From assembly GCA_052327205.1 (NCBI GenBank), contig CM126208.1:193068001-193132000 (forward strand): a stretch of DNA of 64,000 nucleotides. The letters run 5' to 3'. Position numbers and translations under genes: made by a program. Positions within the stretch are counted from its first letter, which is position 1. Each line of letters begins with the position of its first letter. Of the stretch, positions 26,809-38,125 are shown one piece after another. The stretch is from Somniosus microcephalus. Lineage: Eukaryota. The notes under the pieces are model-generated. The model did no database searches and had not been told where the DNA came from. It was given only the letters and a program-made list of their open reading frames with translations.

Positions 26809-27952
26809 CTAGAAGCGACTTGCTATGAGCCTTTGACGGACGGCCCTTCCACTTTGTGCCTCCCTCCCACCTTGGTGCTGCTGATGATCATCCTCCTCAT
26901 CTTCCTCCTCCTCCTCCTCCTCTGCTGGTGCTCCAATGTCTGGTGGCATTGGCTGGGTCCTGAGGATTGCAAGGTTATGCAGCATACAGCACACAACAAC
27001 GAAGTGGAAGACTCGCTCAGGCGAGTACTGCAGGCCTCCTCCAGAATGGTCCAGACAGCGGAACCGTTGCTTGAGCACGCCGATTGTGTGCTCAATGATG
27101 TTCCTGGTAGCTTAATGGCTCTCGTTGTATCGTAGCTCAGCAGGGGTGCTGGGCGAACGGAGCGGTGTCATCAGCCAGGTACACAGAGGATATCCCTTGT
27201 CCCCGAGAAGCCAACCTCCTAGGTGATGCGGTGCCTGGAGAAGGTCTGCAACAGAAGTCTGGCGCAGGATGAAGGCATCGTGGCTGCTGCCTGGAAAGTG
27301 GGCATTGACAGCGAGTATCAGCGGTCTGTGGTCACAGACCAACTGGACGTTTAAGGAATGGAAGTCCTTTCGGTTGCGGAAATCCTCGGCATTCTCTTGC
27401 GGCGCCCGCAAAGCCACATGTGTGCAGTCAATGGCGCCCTGCACCATGGGGAAGCCCGCTATCATCGCAAAGCCCATTGCGCATTCTTGCTGCTTGGCCG
27501 GGGTCATGGAGAAAGAGATGTACTCTCGTCTCCTTTTAAAGAGGGCATTTGTTACCTGACGGATGCAGCAATGCACCGCCAACTGGGAGATATTGGTGAT
27601 GTCCCCAGTAGCTGATTGAAATGAGCCGGTGGCATAAAAGCTGAGAGCCACTATTATCTTCACTGCCACTGACAGAGACATCCTGCTCCTCAGTTGAGGC
27701 TGCAGATCTGGCTGAAGCAGATGGCAGAGCTCAGTGACCACCTGCTTGCTGAATCGCAGCCTTCGCAAACACTGCTCCTCAGACATATTAATGTAGGAGA
27801 ACTGTTGGCGAGAAACCCTGGGAGGGTAAGGTCTCCTGTACCGAGGCCTGTTGGCCCTCCTCCGTCTGGCCATGATTGCCACACTCTCTCCGTCTCTGTG
27901 CCCTCCGAATGTGATGGAGAAGGACGACGTTCCCATTCATTGCAGCCCCCAT
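26809..27952 (-). pseudogene. Harbinger DDE transposase of element B with a single nonsense codon
   Basis: GAIDCTH, GDKGY, IEHTIG and CCMLHN in one frame; TAA at 27112-27114 replaces Q of SHQATR; small frameshift in the N-terminal extension. Confidence 0.93.
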
Positions 27953-28473
27953 AGTATCTGGGCAATCAAAGTTATGAAGGTCAAAAAGCAAAGTACCTGC
28001 AAAGTTATGGTCAGAAGCCAAAACTACCTCAGGCAGCGTTGACTCAATGCAGAAGTCTGTCTTTCTCTCTTTGTCTCTCTGCAAATCTCTCTCTCTCTCT
28101 CAGAACGAGTGGTGCAAAAATGGCTACCACACAAAAGCCAGGAAGAGGCCCCCTTTAAATAGCGCCCCACCAGCCCCACAGCGACTGGGAAGCGTTCCAG
28201 TCAACCTGTCGTTGGTAGCGCCAGGCGGAAAGGAGGGGGCCACCACAGAATTTCCGGTCCGGGGCGCCCCAAGAGCGTTGCATTCTCGAATGACATCAAG
28301 ATCTGCATGCGCGGGAGATCGGGCCGTATTGTTTAGCGCCGCCGCAAAATGTCTGGTCAATTTCGCGAGAGGTGCAGATATCGCCGCGCCCGGGCGCTAG
28401 TTGGTTTGCGCCCCACTTGGCGCCCTCTTAAGGCGCTAACGGGTGGCGCTACCAACTGAATTTTTCCCCCTAG

Positions 28474-29990
28474 GTCTTTTTGTAGTTGTGCAGGGGTTCC
28501 CCAAGGTTGTCTCATCTGTTTCCAGTTCTTGACTTCCCCCCTCTAACCATTCAATCCAATTATCCTTTTGCTGATGATTTCACTCTGCAATCATGAAATT
28601 CCTTTAGATTGCATGCCCTCTATACTTTCTGCTTCCAGATCTCAATACAATGGCCCAGAAATTCGGGTCTCAACGCATGAGTACGCACGGGGTACTCACG
28701 CGTAGGCCCAACGAAAGTGCCGATTTTGTGCATGCACTGTGCATGCGCGAGAAACCGGCACTTCCGTTCCCCTGAAAGAAGGGGTTCAGAAGTTCAACGC
28801 GTGCACCGGAGAGGCGGCGCGTGCGCATCGAACTTACGTTTTTTTTGCAGGTTTCTCCAGGAGGGTAAGTCTCCAGCAGTTACACTTTTAAAAAGCAGAA
28901 CAAGGTAAGTGGTGAATTAATGAAAATTAAAACATTTTTTCCACAGGTTTATTATTTTTAAATACTTTAAAGGTAAGTTTATTTTTAGCCCTGTTAGAAA
29001 ATGTAATTAATTTTTTCAAAAATTTAAATTATTGTTTAAAATAGTTATTTCATGTAATTTATAGTTATTTTTAAAATGTGAGGTTTTTAAAAAAATGTAT
29101 TTGAAGTTTTAGTGATGTTTTGGGGCTTATAGTATTTATAGATTTGACAGCTCTTCCTGTCAAACTTATGAATGAAGCATTCCTGCTACGATTGGCTCTC
29201 CATGGCCCACGTGATCCCAGGGGACGCATCGAACTAACTGCGCCCCTGGGATACGCAAGCACTGCGCGCTGGCAGTTGGAGGAGGCCCAGGATCGGAATC
29301 CCACGCGGGCCCACAGCTCAACGGCCGACGCGCTAGGCAAGTGCAGGTCGGGGGCTTGCACCCGCGGGAAGCCCCCGACCCGAATTTCTGAGCCATTGAC
29401 TAAATCATTGACTTTGATCTCCTTCAAGCCCTTCAATGGCACAATTGAAACTGCATTTCCTTCAAATCTTTGAAGATGTGATTCTTTGTATATCCAAGTC
29501 TAACCTACAGTTCCCACCTCCACTTTAGCTCTTCTTCCTCTAGTGAAATTCTTAGCCTGTCTCTTTTGACCTCCAATTAAACCCTATTTTCTTCATTCCT
29601 GAAACTGGATCCAAGGTCAGTTTCATCTTGTGTACCAAACGTGCTTTTCCTTTCAATAGCTTCATTCTCCACAAAGCTCAAGTTTATCCAAGATTTGGAT
29701 ATTAGTCTCATAATTGGGGACACTCTCCTACCCCTTTTGCAAAAACTGTAAGATGCAGCTCACCATCTGATACTCAGTTCATCTCTCTGCTCTATCCTCT
29801 AACTTCACTTGTGCTCTCTCTCCGTTGCAACCTTTCTAGTCATCCTCCTACAATCTTCAAACTTTTAAAACCCAAGTTTGGCATTGCCTACTCACTACTT
29901 CTTGATTTATCTCATCCTTTTCCTACTACGGTGGCATTTTAAACTATGGCTCTCGGTCCTTCCTCTTAGTTTCTCCATTAAGGAAAAAAG
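28474..29990 (+). mobile_element. Old LINE RT remnant, part 2 (interrupted by MITE 28652-29394)
   Basis: GGGGTTCCCCAAGG (GVPQG) and TTTGCTGATGAT (FADD) continue 10170-10596; highly decayed, end approximate. Confidence 0.5.
28652..29394. mobile_element. Harbinger-type MITE
   Basis: TIRs GGCCCAGAAATTCGGGTC / GACCCGAATTTCTGAGCC, TSD AAT/ATT, GC-rich ends with an AT-rich core. Confidence 0.8.
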
Positions 29991-31962
29991 TGATGTCGTT
30001 TTCAGGAAAAATGTTTGTATTGCAAGATGATTTTACAATTGAGAAGACACCAGCGAGGCTATCACAACTGTTCCACAATCCATACCTTGTTTGATTCCCA
30101 TTTAAACTGAACCTTTAGTGCATCAGCACATCCAAAGAAACAGAAAATCCTTGTAACGGCCATTTAAGTCGTCAGTTCAGACACCGAAAGAAAGCTTATT
30201 GTTGCAGTAAAGCTATGCAGAACTCAGGAATAGCTTTATTGACCACATACAACACTTAAAATGAATTTGAAATAACAATTAAAAATTAAAATGCTTTACA
30301 TCTGCTCACCGCAATTCATGGGTAAAATTAAAGTATTTTCCCTTGATTCTTAAGTCTAAATGTCCTTTTTGGAGGCAATGAAACATTAAAAATGACTGAT
30401 TTCTGATTGGCAGTCAGTAATTCCAATGATTGCTTTTGCTACCAATTGTTGATTAATATAATTAATGCTGGCATGTGACCTTTTGTTGCGATCTTTACAG
30501 GTCTTGAAATACTTGCAGCCCCATTGTGACCAGACAAAACAATTTGTCTGTAGTACGGTGAGGATTGAAATGACATCTGCCTTATGATTTTACTTTCCAG
30601 TGTGCGGTACAAATAGAATACAGGATAAGAAGATGTGGGATACAATCTTTATCGCACTTGTGGCACTTGCTGTAGAATTTGTGTCTCCCAATCATGTCAA
30701 TTCACTTGCAAGATATCCAAGGTATCCTACCACTCCTGGATACGTGGCATCCATATCTCAAATAGTATTTCAAATTCCAATGTAATAGCCATCAAGAACA
30801 GCTTCTAAGAATTGATTTGTTCTCCATGGGTATTCTCAAATGTGCAACTGGAATCATTGTACGATGTCAACAAGAACCAAAGCATTTTCAAACTTGCACG
30901 GTTAAGTAAACTCCATTATAGTACTGTACGCAGGAAGTTTTAGACTATACTGGATCTTTATTTCAGTTCATTCATTAGAAGCTGTTCTTGTTGCTTAAGG
31001 AGAAATTTTCAATATAAATGTAGGAAGAGATTTTCCTTGAGTCTGTGCGCAGGTTCACTGGATGATGTGGGCACAGGAAATATTGTAAAATCAAGCAGTT
31101 GTGTGCACCTTGCTTGAAAGATGTGCAATATTTTGAAGGTATTTTGAAAATTATACAATGGAAAATCTACATTTGACGTGAACTCTTATTAAAGAAGTAA
31201 ATATTATTTTTAAATACTACTTCCCTAATATTACATATAACCTACTGAAGAGGTGAATCCCTACTTTAAGGTTAAGTTTTGTATAAAAATTAAACTCAAA
31301 TATCTGATCTCAGCCACAGCAGCTGTACGCTCCTGCAATTTGTCTCAGTGCAGTTTGGTTAAGGAAAGAAAAATAATTGACCAGGGCTCTGTTAAGTATG
31401 TGTATTGTATTGAACAATTAACACAAAGACTTAAACGTATAACTCAAACAGGTCTTTACTGGTTGGAGGTAGGGACTATACATAGGTCTTTACTTCATGC
31501 CCACAGGCGGGAACTGAGGGGAGATCAGTACCCACAGTACTATTTATACCCCTATGGCCAGGAGTGGTACTGCGTATCACTACGCCCAACAAGTAGTGCA
31601 GTCCTGTCCATAGGTTCAAAGTAGCACACATATTACATACACAACATTCCTCCCTTCCTAGCTTTACAGTCATCTCCCCATTTAACATAACGTAATAACA
31701 TATATACATATATAACTTCAGGTTTACATAACAGAATAACATAGATACATAGATAACTTCATGTCAAAACAGATCACAGATTCAGTCTCTGCGGAAAACA
31801 GTTCACAGATTCAATCTCTGTGGTGGAGTCGGTTCACGTTGCTGGAGTGACTCATTCAATAGTCCTTCCATGGATTTAACAGTTTGAACTTCCGAACTGA
31901 ATTGGCTCCGTTCGGAGGGACCACGTGTGTGATCTGGTAGAGGTAATAATGGTTCAGATGGG

Positions 31963-34161
31963 TCATCTTCTGTTTCGACTTTTCCTTTTCTGCTTCTTGG
32001 AGACTCTCTGGGCTCCACTGTCAGCTGCCAGCTGCATGCGCAGTTCCTCCTTCTCTCCCTCCTTTTTCCGTAGTAGAGCCACCTTCTCCCGATGTTCCGT
32101 AGACTTTCGGTGCTCCTCCATGATTTCTGTATGGTGGGAGTCGAAGTTACAAGTTGGGCAGGACAGGACATAGTAATATTCGGTGTCGTCCCGATCTAGG
32201 CCAGCGAGAGGGTCTTCTATTTCCTCCATACCCAGCTGGGCGTTAGCCAGCTTTTGTTCCAAGTCCAGACATCTTTCCTGAAGAGACTTCTTCATGCGTA
32301 CCTCTTCATCCAGCTTTTTCTGGGCTTTCAGCAAGTCGTTTACTAATGACCTCATTTGAGATTTTACTACTTCAACTTCTTTTGGAGATTGATTGATCGG
32401 ACTATTCAATCCCTCTACCGGAGCAGCTGTTTCAGCGGTCTGTTGTTCTACGTTGACGTGAGTCAGCGTACTTTTGGCATCCAAGGGCTGCTCTGTTGCA
32501 GTCATCTCAGTCTGTGTTGCCACCTCAGCTCTTCCAATAACCTTTGAGAGCTCCGAACCCCTTTCGTTTGAATATTGAAGTTCGTGTTCAAGTTTTTCCC
32601 ATTTCAGAGTCCTGTCCTTCAGCATATGCAGGAGTTGGCTGACCGTTAACTCCTCTGACATCAGACGTTTTGTGTGCTCCTGCTCCATTTTCTCCATCAG
32701 CTGCTTCTGTTGTCTTTCCAGATTCTCCAACTCTATATCAAAGAACTCTTTCGTTGCATTCAACTCTTGCTCACAACGGCGAAGCATTTGTTCTAATTGC
32801 TGTTGTAGTTTGAAATGGAGTTGAGTTCGAGCCCGGTGTCCCTCAGAAATGGGCACATCAGTAGACTTGCCAGACTCAGAATCCACAGTTAAACTATGTT
32901 GTTGTTGCTCAGTGGAATTCTGTGCTGAAACTTTGTCTTTTGCACCCGAGTTGGGCTTACCATCATCCGTTCCAGAGTCTGGGCCGACTATCTTCACCGA
33001 GTTCTCACTCGTTATTGTTTGTAGGAAATGCCAGTCCATATTCATTTTCCTAATCCACTCCCGTCCTAGTAGTGGAGAACCTCCTTCAGATATCACATAT
33101 AAGTCCATTATTTGACTGTCTTCGCCCTTGTGGACCACTGCAACCTCTATTTTCCCGATGGGGTACACTCTTTGCCCCGTGTATGTTTTCAATATAATCC
33201 CCGTATCCTGTAGGGGAATATGTTGGAATAACTTTCCGTAATCTTTCTTATTTATGACTGTCAATGCCGATCCAGTGTCCAATTCCAGTTTTACTTGGAC
33301 TCCTTCTATCTGAAGAGTGACCCAAATTGTCTGGAGGTCTGCACCCTTACCAGCGTTGAGTACTCTTAAGCTAGCCAGTTCATTACAGCTTAAGCTAGCC
33401 AGTTCATTACTGCTAGCGTCTGAATCGGACTCCTGTTCGGTCACCTTGTGTACCTTTGCGTATTTTCCTTGCGGTGACTTCTTGTTGCTGGTCTTCTTCC
33501 CTGACCTGCATACTCTAGCTATATGTCCAAGCCTACCACAAGTTCTACATTCTTGGTTTTTAAACCAACACTGGTTCTGATCATGCGTTGTCTTTCCACA
33601 ACGATAACATTTGCCAGAACTCACACCCAATTTGTGTGCACTGAGCTCCGGTGACCGTAGCTGCATTACTGCCGTGCCTCTCGCTGCGGCTTCGTGTGCT
33701 GCTGCCATAGTGACTGCCTTCTCAAGCGTCAGCTCATTCTCCTCTAGCAGTCGCTTTTGTGTATCCTGTTTAAATAAACCACACACAAATTTGTCTCGAA
33801 GTGCCTCTGTCAGTCCCGTTCCAAACTGGCAATATTTCGCTAATTTACGCAATTCCAGCAAATAATCAGCATTGCTTTCATGCTGTAGCTGCCTTCTGTC
33901 GTAAAATTTAAATCGTTCCGCTAGCATCAGCGGCGTGGGGTTTAGATGATCTTTCAGGACAGTAACAATCTCATCGAACGTCTTATCCGCCGGTTCATCT
34001 GGTGATAACAGGTGTTTCAATTGCCCGTATGTCTTCGCACCCATTAAATTTAATAATGTTAGAGCTTTATCTTGGTCATGAATTTTATTGGCCTTACAAT
34101 AATTTTTTACTCTTTCAACATATATGGCCCAATCTTCGAGGTCACTATCAAAGGTGCTCAT
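31963..34161 (-). CDS. Gag-protease fusion with STK10/SLK-like coiled coil, optineurin-like segment and U1-type zinc finger (732 aa)
   Basis: Uninterrupted ORF. Mag gag ([20 protein letters not shown]), two CCHC knuckles aa185-218, LDTGS and LLGREW protease motifs, then non-pol coiled-coil segments. Confidence 0.9.
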   Translation of the reverse strand: MSTFDSDLEDWAIYVERVKNYCKANKIHDQDKALTLLNLMGAKTYGQLKHLLSPDEPADKTFDEIVTVLKDHLNPTPLMLAERFKFYDRRQLQHESNADYLLELRKLAKYCQFGTGLTEALRDKFVCGLFKQDTQKRLLEENELTLEKAVTMAAAHEAAARGTAVMQLRSPELSAHKLGVSSGKCYRCGKTTHDQNQCWFKNQECRTCGRLGHIARVCRSGKKTSNKKSPQGKYAKVHKVTEQESDSDASSNELASLSCNELASLRVLNAGKGADLQTIWVTLQIEGVQVKLELDTGSALTVINKKDYGKLFQHIPLQDTGIILKTYTGQRVYPIGKIEVAVVHKGEDSQIMDLYVISEGGSPLLGREWIRKMNMDWHFLQTITSENSVKIVGPDSGTDDGKPNSGAKDKVSAQNSTEQQQHSLTVDSESGKSTDVPISEGHRARTQLHFKLQQQLEQMLRRCEQELNATKEFFDIELENLERQQKQLMEKMEQEHTKRLMSEELTVSQLLHMLKDRTLKWEKLEHELQYSNERGSELSKVIGRAEVATQTEMTATEQPLDAKSTLTHVNVEQQTAETAAPVEGLNSPINQSPKEVEVVKSQMRSLVNDLLKAQKKLDEEVRMKKSLQERCLDLEQKLANAQLGMEEIEDPLAGLDRDDTEYYYVLSCPTCNFDSHHTEIMEEHRKSTEHREKVALLRKKEGEKEELRMQLAADSGAQRVSKKQKRKSRNRR

Positions 34162-34747
34162 ATTCCCGTGTTTAGGTATTGTAGATTTGCAATTTCTCAG
34201 ATTTTATTTTGTTTACTTGTTATCAAAGATGGCGGCTTCCCGCTCTTGCCGTCGTCCTCCGCCCACAAAATGGCGGTTTTCCCGCGCTTGGCGGTCTTCA
34301 CCCGTCCCCCGACGCCGTCTCCCTTCAGCCCCCGAGTGCGGCCCTTATCTTTGGTTCCGATCGCTGGCCCACGCTGCGCCTCGCACTTGAAGCGGCTCCC
34401 GGCCTCTGGCTCACCCGCTCGCGCGGCTCTTGCTCGCTCCCTCCCGGGCTCTGGCTTACCCGCTCGCGCGTTTCACCGCGGCTCTTATCAGGGATTGCGA
34501 TCGCCCTTATCTTCTCCAACTTCCCCAGCCCTGTCTTTGCAGCCGACACTGCACGGCTTACCCCACCACCTAGGTTGAACAAGGAAACTGCAGAAAGACT
34601 TCTGTCAGTCGCTGGAAGCTGTCAGGATGTTTGCTGCACTCCAGTGCTCAGTCGCTGATGGAGGCTTCAGAGTCCTAAAGCCTGTCGCTTCTAGTGGGGT
34701 GGTGATGTTTGAAACCTCTCTTCAACTGCCGCAGGGTAAGAACCTGA

Positions 34748-34757
34748 CTCGTCGCCA
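34748..34757 (-). promoter_or_regulatory. Primer binding site, tRNA-Ser(GCU)
   Basis: TGGCGACGAG 1 nt after the 5' LTR. Confidence 0.8.
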
Positions 34758-35357
34758 GTGTTAAGTATGTGTATTGTATTGAACAATTAACACAAAGACT
34801 TAAACGTATAACTCAAACAGGTCTTTACTGGTTGGAGGTAGGGACTATACATAGGTCTTTACTTCATGCCCACAGGCGGGAACTGAGGGGAGATCAGTAC
34901 CCACAGTACTATTTATACCCCTATGGCCAGGAGTGGTACTGCGTATCACTACGCCCAACAAGTAGTGCAGTCCTGTCCATAGGTTCAAAGTAGCACACAT
35001 ATTACATACACAACAGGCTCCATCTCCTAATCACCAAACGGCAATCCTGTTCAAAATACTTGGGGAAAGGATCAGCCACGATACCTCTAATGGTCAAAAC
35101 GCATGCTGATACACAACATCTAACCTTGCCTATGAATAATGGCCACTTGGACGAGGTACCTGTTACCCACTGAATTGTATCCCAGCACATACTCATGACA
35201 CACATTAAAGAGATATGGAGAAAGAAAGGAGGAAGAAGGGAAAAATTAGTGGAAAAAGGAGGACAAAATAGAATTGTAGAATTGACTGAAACTGTATGTC
35301 TCAGTTAATAGTTTTTATATTTTATACTTTCATGCACAGGACAGTTTTCTGTATAGT

Positions 35358-35470
35358 TTCTCCTTAAGTGGCTCAGCGTCAATTTTTTTGTGTTATAATA
35401 CTCCTGTGAAGTGCCTTGGGACGTTTTACTATGTTAAAGGTACTCTATAAATACAAGTTGTTGTTGTTGT
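35358..35470 (+). mobile_element. L2 LINE 3' tail fragment
   Basis: TGTGAAGTGCCTTGGGACGTTTTACTATGTTAAAGG...(TTG)n; same tail as 53695-53755. Confidence 0.65.
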
Positions 35471-36589
35471 ATAGAGATTTTTATTAAATTGTATAATAAA
35501 GTCCATTATGCCATTGTGTACAAGGTGTAAAATTCTTCTGAAGTTATTGTATGAACAGCTCTATCTGTGGTTAAGATAGTCAGTTGGCTCAGTTGCTTTT
35601 ATTGCCTCATACAATATGCATTGGCAAATGTTATTGTTTAACTGCAGAGCTTTGACCCACCATGACAGCAAAAAGGATTGCCTGTTAAACAATAGCACAG
35701 ATATAATAATCATTTTGTGATCAAATCATCATGATCTGTAAATATTGATTGCTCATATAATAGACTGTGACCTACTTCCATTAATGGAATTCAGGCTCTT
35801 TGTTCAGTTTTCCTACAAGAGAATCTTGCTGATTTTTGAAATAAAAACAAAATAAAATCAGCATTACAAAATTGTTGTAATTTTTAGAAACAGTAGTTTT
35901 AGTCTGAATTACAAAGAAAATAGTAATATTTTTAGTTTTCCAACCTACTGCTATTTGCCACATCTGCGTATAAGATTGCTCACAAAATATTTAAACTCTC
36001 AAAGGGTTAGTCATCAATAAAATGTATTTGACTGTTTTCTAAAGTCGAGCATTTAGAGGTCTATGTGGATCCATGTGTAATGCCTGAAAATAAGACTAAT
36101 TACAAAGTAAAAAGGGTCAATTACGGAAAATATCCTTTAGCAGACAGGATAGAGCTCCTACCAGTCCGGAAACTACTACTCTTTGCTTAATGGAAAAATG
36201 AATTAACTAATCGACTTTAATAAATTATATAACTTGCAACAGGCAATTCCACTAGGATATTTCACATGGCATTGCTCGCAGAGAGTCTGAGGTCTTATTA
36301 GAATGCCAGTGTTATGCCAAGTAGTATTACTTGCAATCTGGGAAGGAGGCCTAGGATCTGGTAGTACTGTGATAGGGTCTCAGGGCCTGAGAGCCCTGGG
36401 AAGGGGGTCTCTGTGTTTTCAAGTACACTCAAAAAGGATATTCTTGGAAAGCTAGGGCAAGTCCTGGGATCTGTAATCATGGGTATGGAGGTGTAAAGAT
36501 CTGGGAGCATTGGCGAGAGAGGCCTCAGAGTCTGGGAGCACTGGAGCATTCTAGGATCAGGGAGCATTTGGAATGTTGTGCTCATTGAG

Positions 36590-38125
36590 AGGATCCCAAA
36601 TTCTCAGAGGGTTGGGGAATAGAACTTGGGAAAATAAAATGGACAACAATATTGGCAAACAATGATATAGAACAGCAATGGGAAACATTTAAAACAGGGT
36701 TCAACAGAGTCCAAGAAAAATATATTCCGCTAAAAGACAAGAATAAGCTAAACACTAATGAGACACCAAAGGATGAATAAAGACATAAGGGAAACATTGA
36801 GGGTAAGGAAAGAGGCATACACTAAATAAGTGGACAGCAGGGGAGCATGACAAGGGAGAATACGATGAAATTAGGAGAGAAGCCAAAAAAACAATTAGGA
36901 TAGCAAAGAGGAACTATGAAATTAAATTATCAAGGAACATAAAACAAAATAGTAAAATATTCTACAGGCACATAAATAAAAAAGGAAAGTCGGGATGGGA
37001 ATGGTCAGGATAAAATCGCAGGCAGCGATAGCGAAATGACAGAAATAGTAAATAATTACTTTGCTTCAGTATTTGCCAGGGAAACAGATCAGGTGGACAT
37101 GACATCGGAAGATGAGATTAGAAATGATATAATCACATTTAAAATAAAAAGGGGAAAAATATTAAATAAATTAATCAAACTCAAAGACGATAAAACTACT
37201 GGTCCGGATGGATTACATTCAGACATTTTAAAAGAATCTAGGGAAGAGATTGCAGAGGCACTATTACACATTTTTAATAATTCATTAGATAAAGGTGTAT
37301 TGCCAGAGGACTGGTGGATAGCTAACGTAATACATATATTTATGAAGGGAGATAGAACATGCCCAGGGAACTATGGACCAATCAGCTTAATGTCGGTGGT
37401 AGGAAAAATTGTGGAATACCTACTAAAAGAAAAAAATAGAAGAATATCTAGAAACCAAAAATATAATATAATAAATAGTCAGCATGGATTTCAAAATGGA
37501 AAGTCTTGCTTGACCAACCACATTGAATTCTTTGAAGAGGTAACAAAGAGAATAGACAAGGGAATGCAGTAGATGTAATTTATTTAGATTTCCAAAAGGC
37601 CTTCGATAAGGTACCACATAATAGACTAATGAATAAGGTCAGAGAATCCAGAGTCAGGTGACAAGTAGCAGAATGGATAGCAAGCTGGCTTCAAGACAGA
37701 AAGCAGAGAGTAGGGATAAAGAGTAGCTATTCAGAGTGGCAGAAGGTAGAAAATGGGGTCCCACAAGAATTAGTGCTGGAACCACTGTTGTTCATAATTT
37801 ATATTAATGATTTAGACTTTGGAATCAAAAACACAATCTCTAAATTTGCGGATGACACCAAATTGGGGGGATTGTCAATCGTGAGGAGGACCACAACAAA
37901 TTACAAGAAAACATTAGAGACTGGTGAGAATGTGGAACTCACTACCACAGGGAGTGGTTGAAGCAAATAGTATAGATGCATTTAAGGGGAGGCTAGATAA
38001 GCATATGAGGGAGAAGGGAATAGAGGGTTATGCTGATAGAGTTAGATGAGGAAAGATGGGAGGAGGCTCAAGTGGCGCATAAACGCTAGCATGGCCTGTT
38101 ACTGTGCTGTGTATCCTATGTAATA
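36590..38125 (+). mobile_element. CR1 LINE ORF2 fragment with internal deletion and 3' UTR
   Basis: [63 protein letters not shown]; stops and frameshifts. Confidence 0.9.

Larger units (their letters stand above)
10597..28470. mobile_element. Full-length Harbinger element B (about 4.1 kb native) carrying about 13.7 kb of nested insertions
   Basis: TIRs GGGGGAGAAATTCGGT / ACTGAATTTTTCCCCC and TSD TAG/TAG. Convergent Myb gene (+) and transposase (-). The flanking LINE is continuous across the element. Confidence 0.9.
31390..35015 (-). mobile_element. Young non-autonomous Mag-type Ty3/Gypsy LTR element carrying host-like coding segments
   Basis: Identical 257-bp LTRs (34759-35015, 31390-31646), TSD GGCTC/GGCTC, PBS TGGCGACGAG (tRNA-Ser), purine-rich PPT next to the 3' LTR; no RT/RH/IN motifs. 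Confidence 0.95.

Noticed and set aside
31963-32844. Host STK10 or OPTN gene locus, or an env gene
   Set aside because: The segments are partial, intronless and enclosed by LTRs; no signal peptide or transmembrane anchor typical of env is visible.
34072-34658. Antisense ORFs in the LTR element leader, and similar GC-rich ORFs in MITEs
   Set aside because: Open frames are explained by high GC content and short repeats; no domain features.
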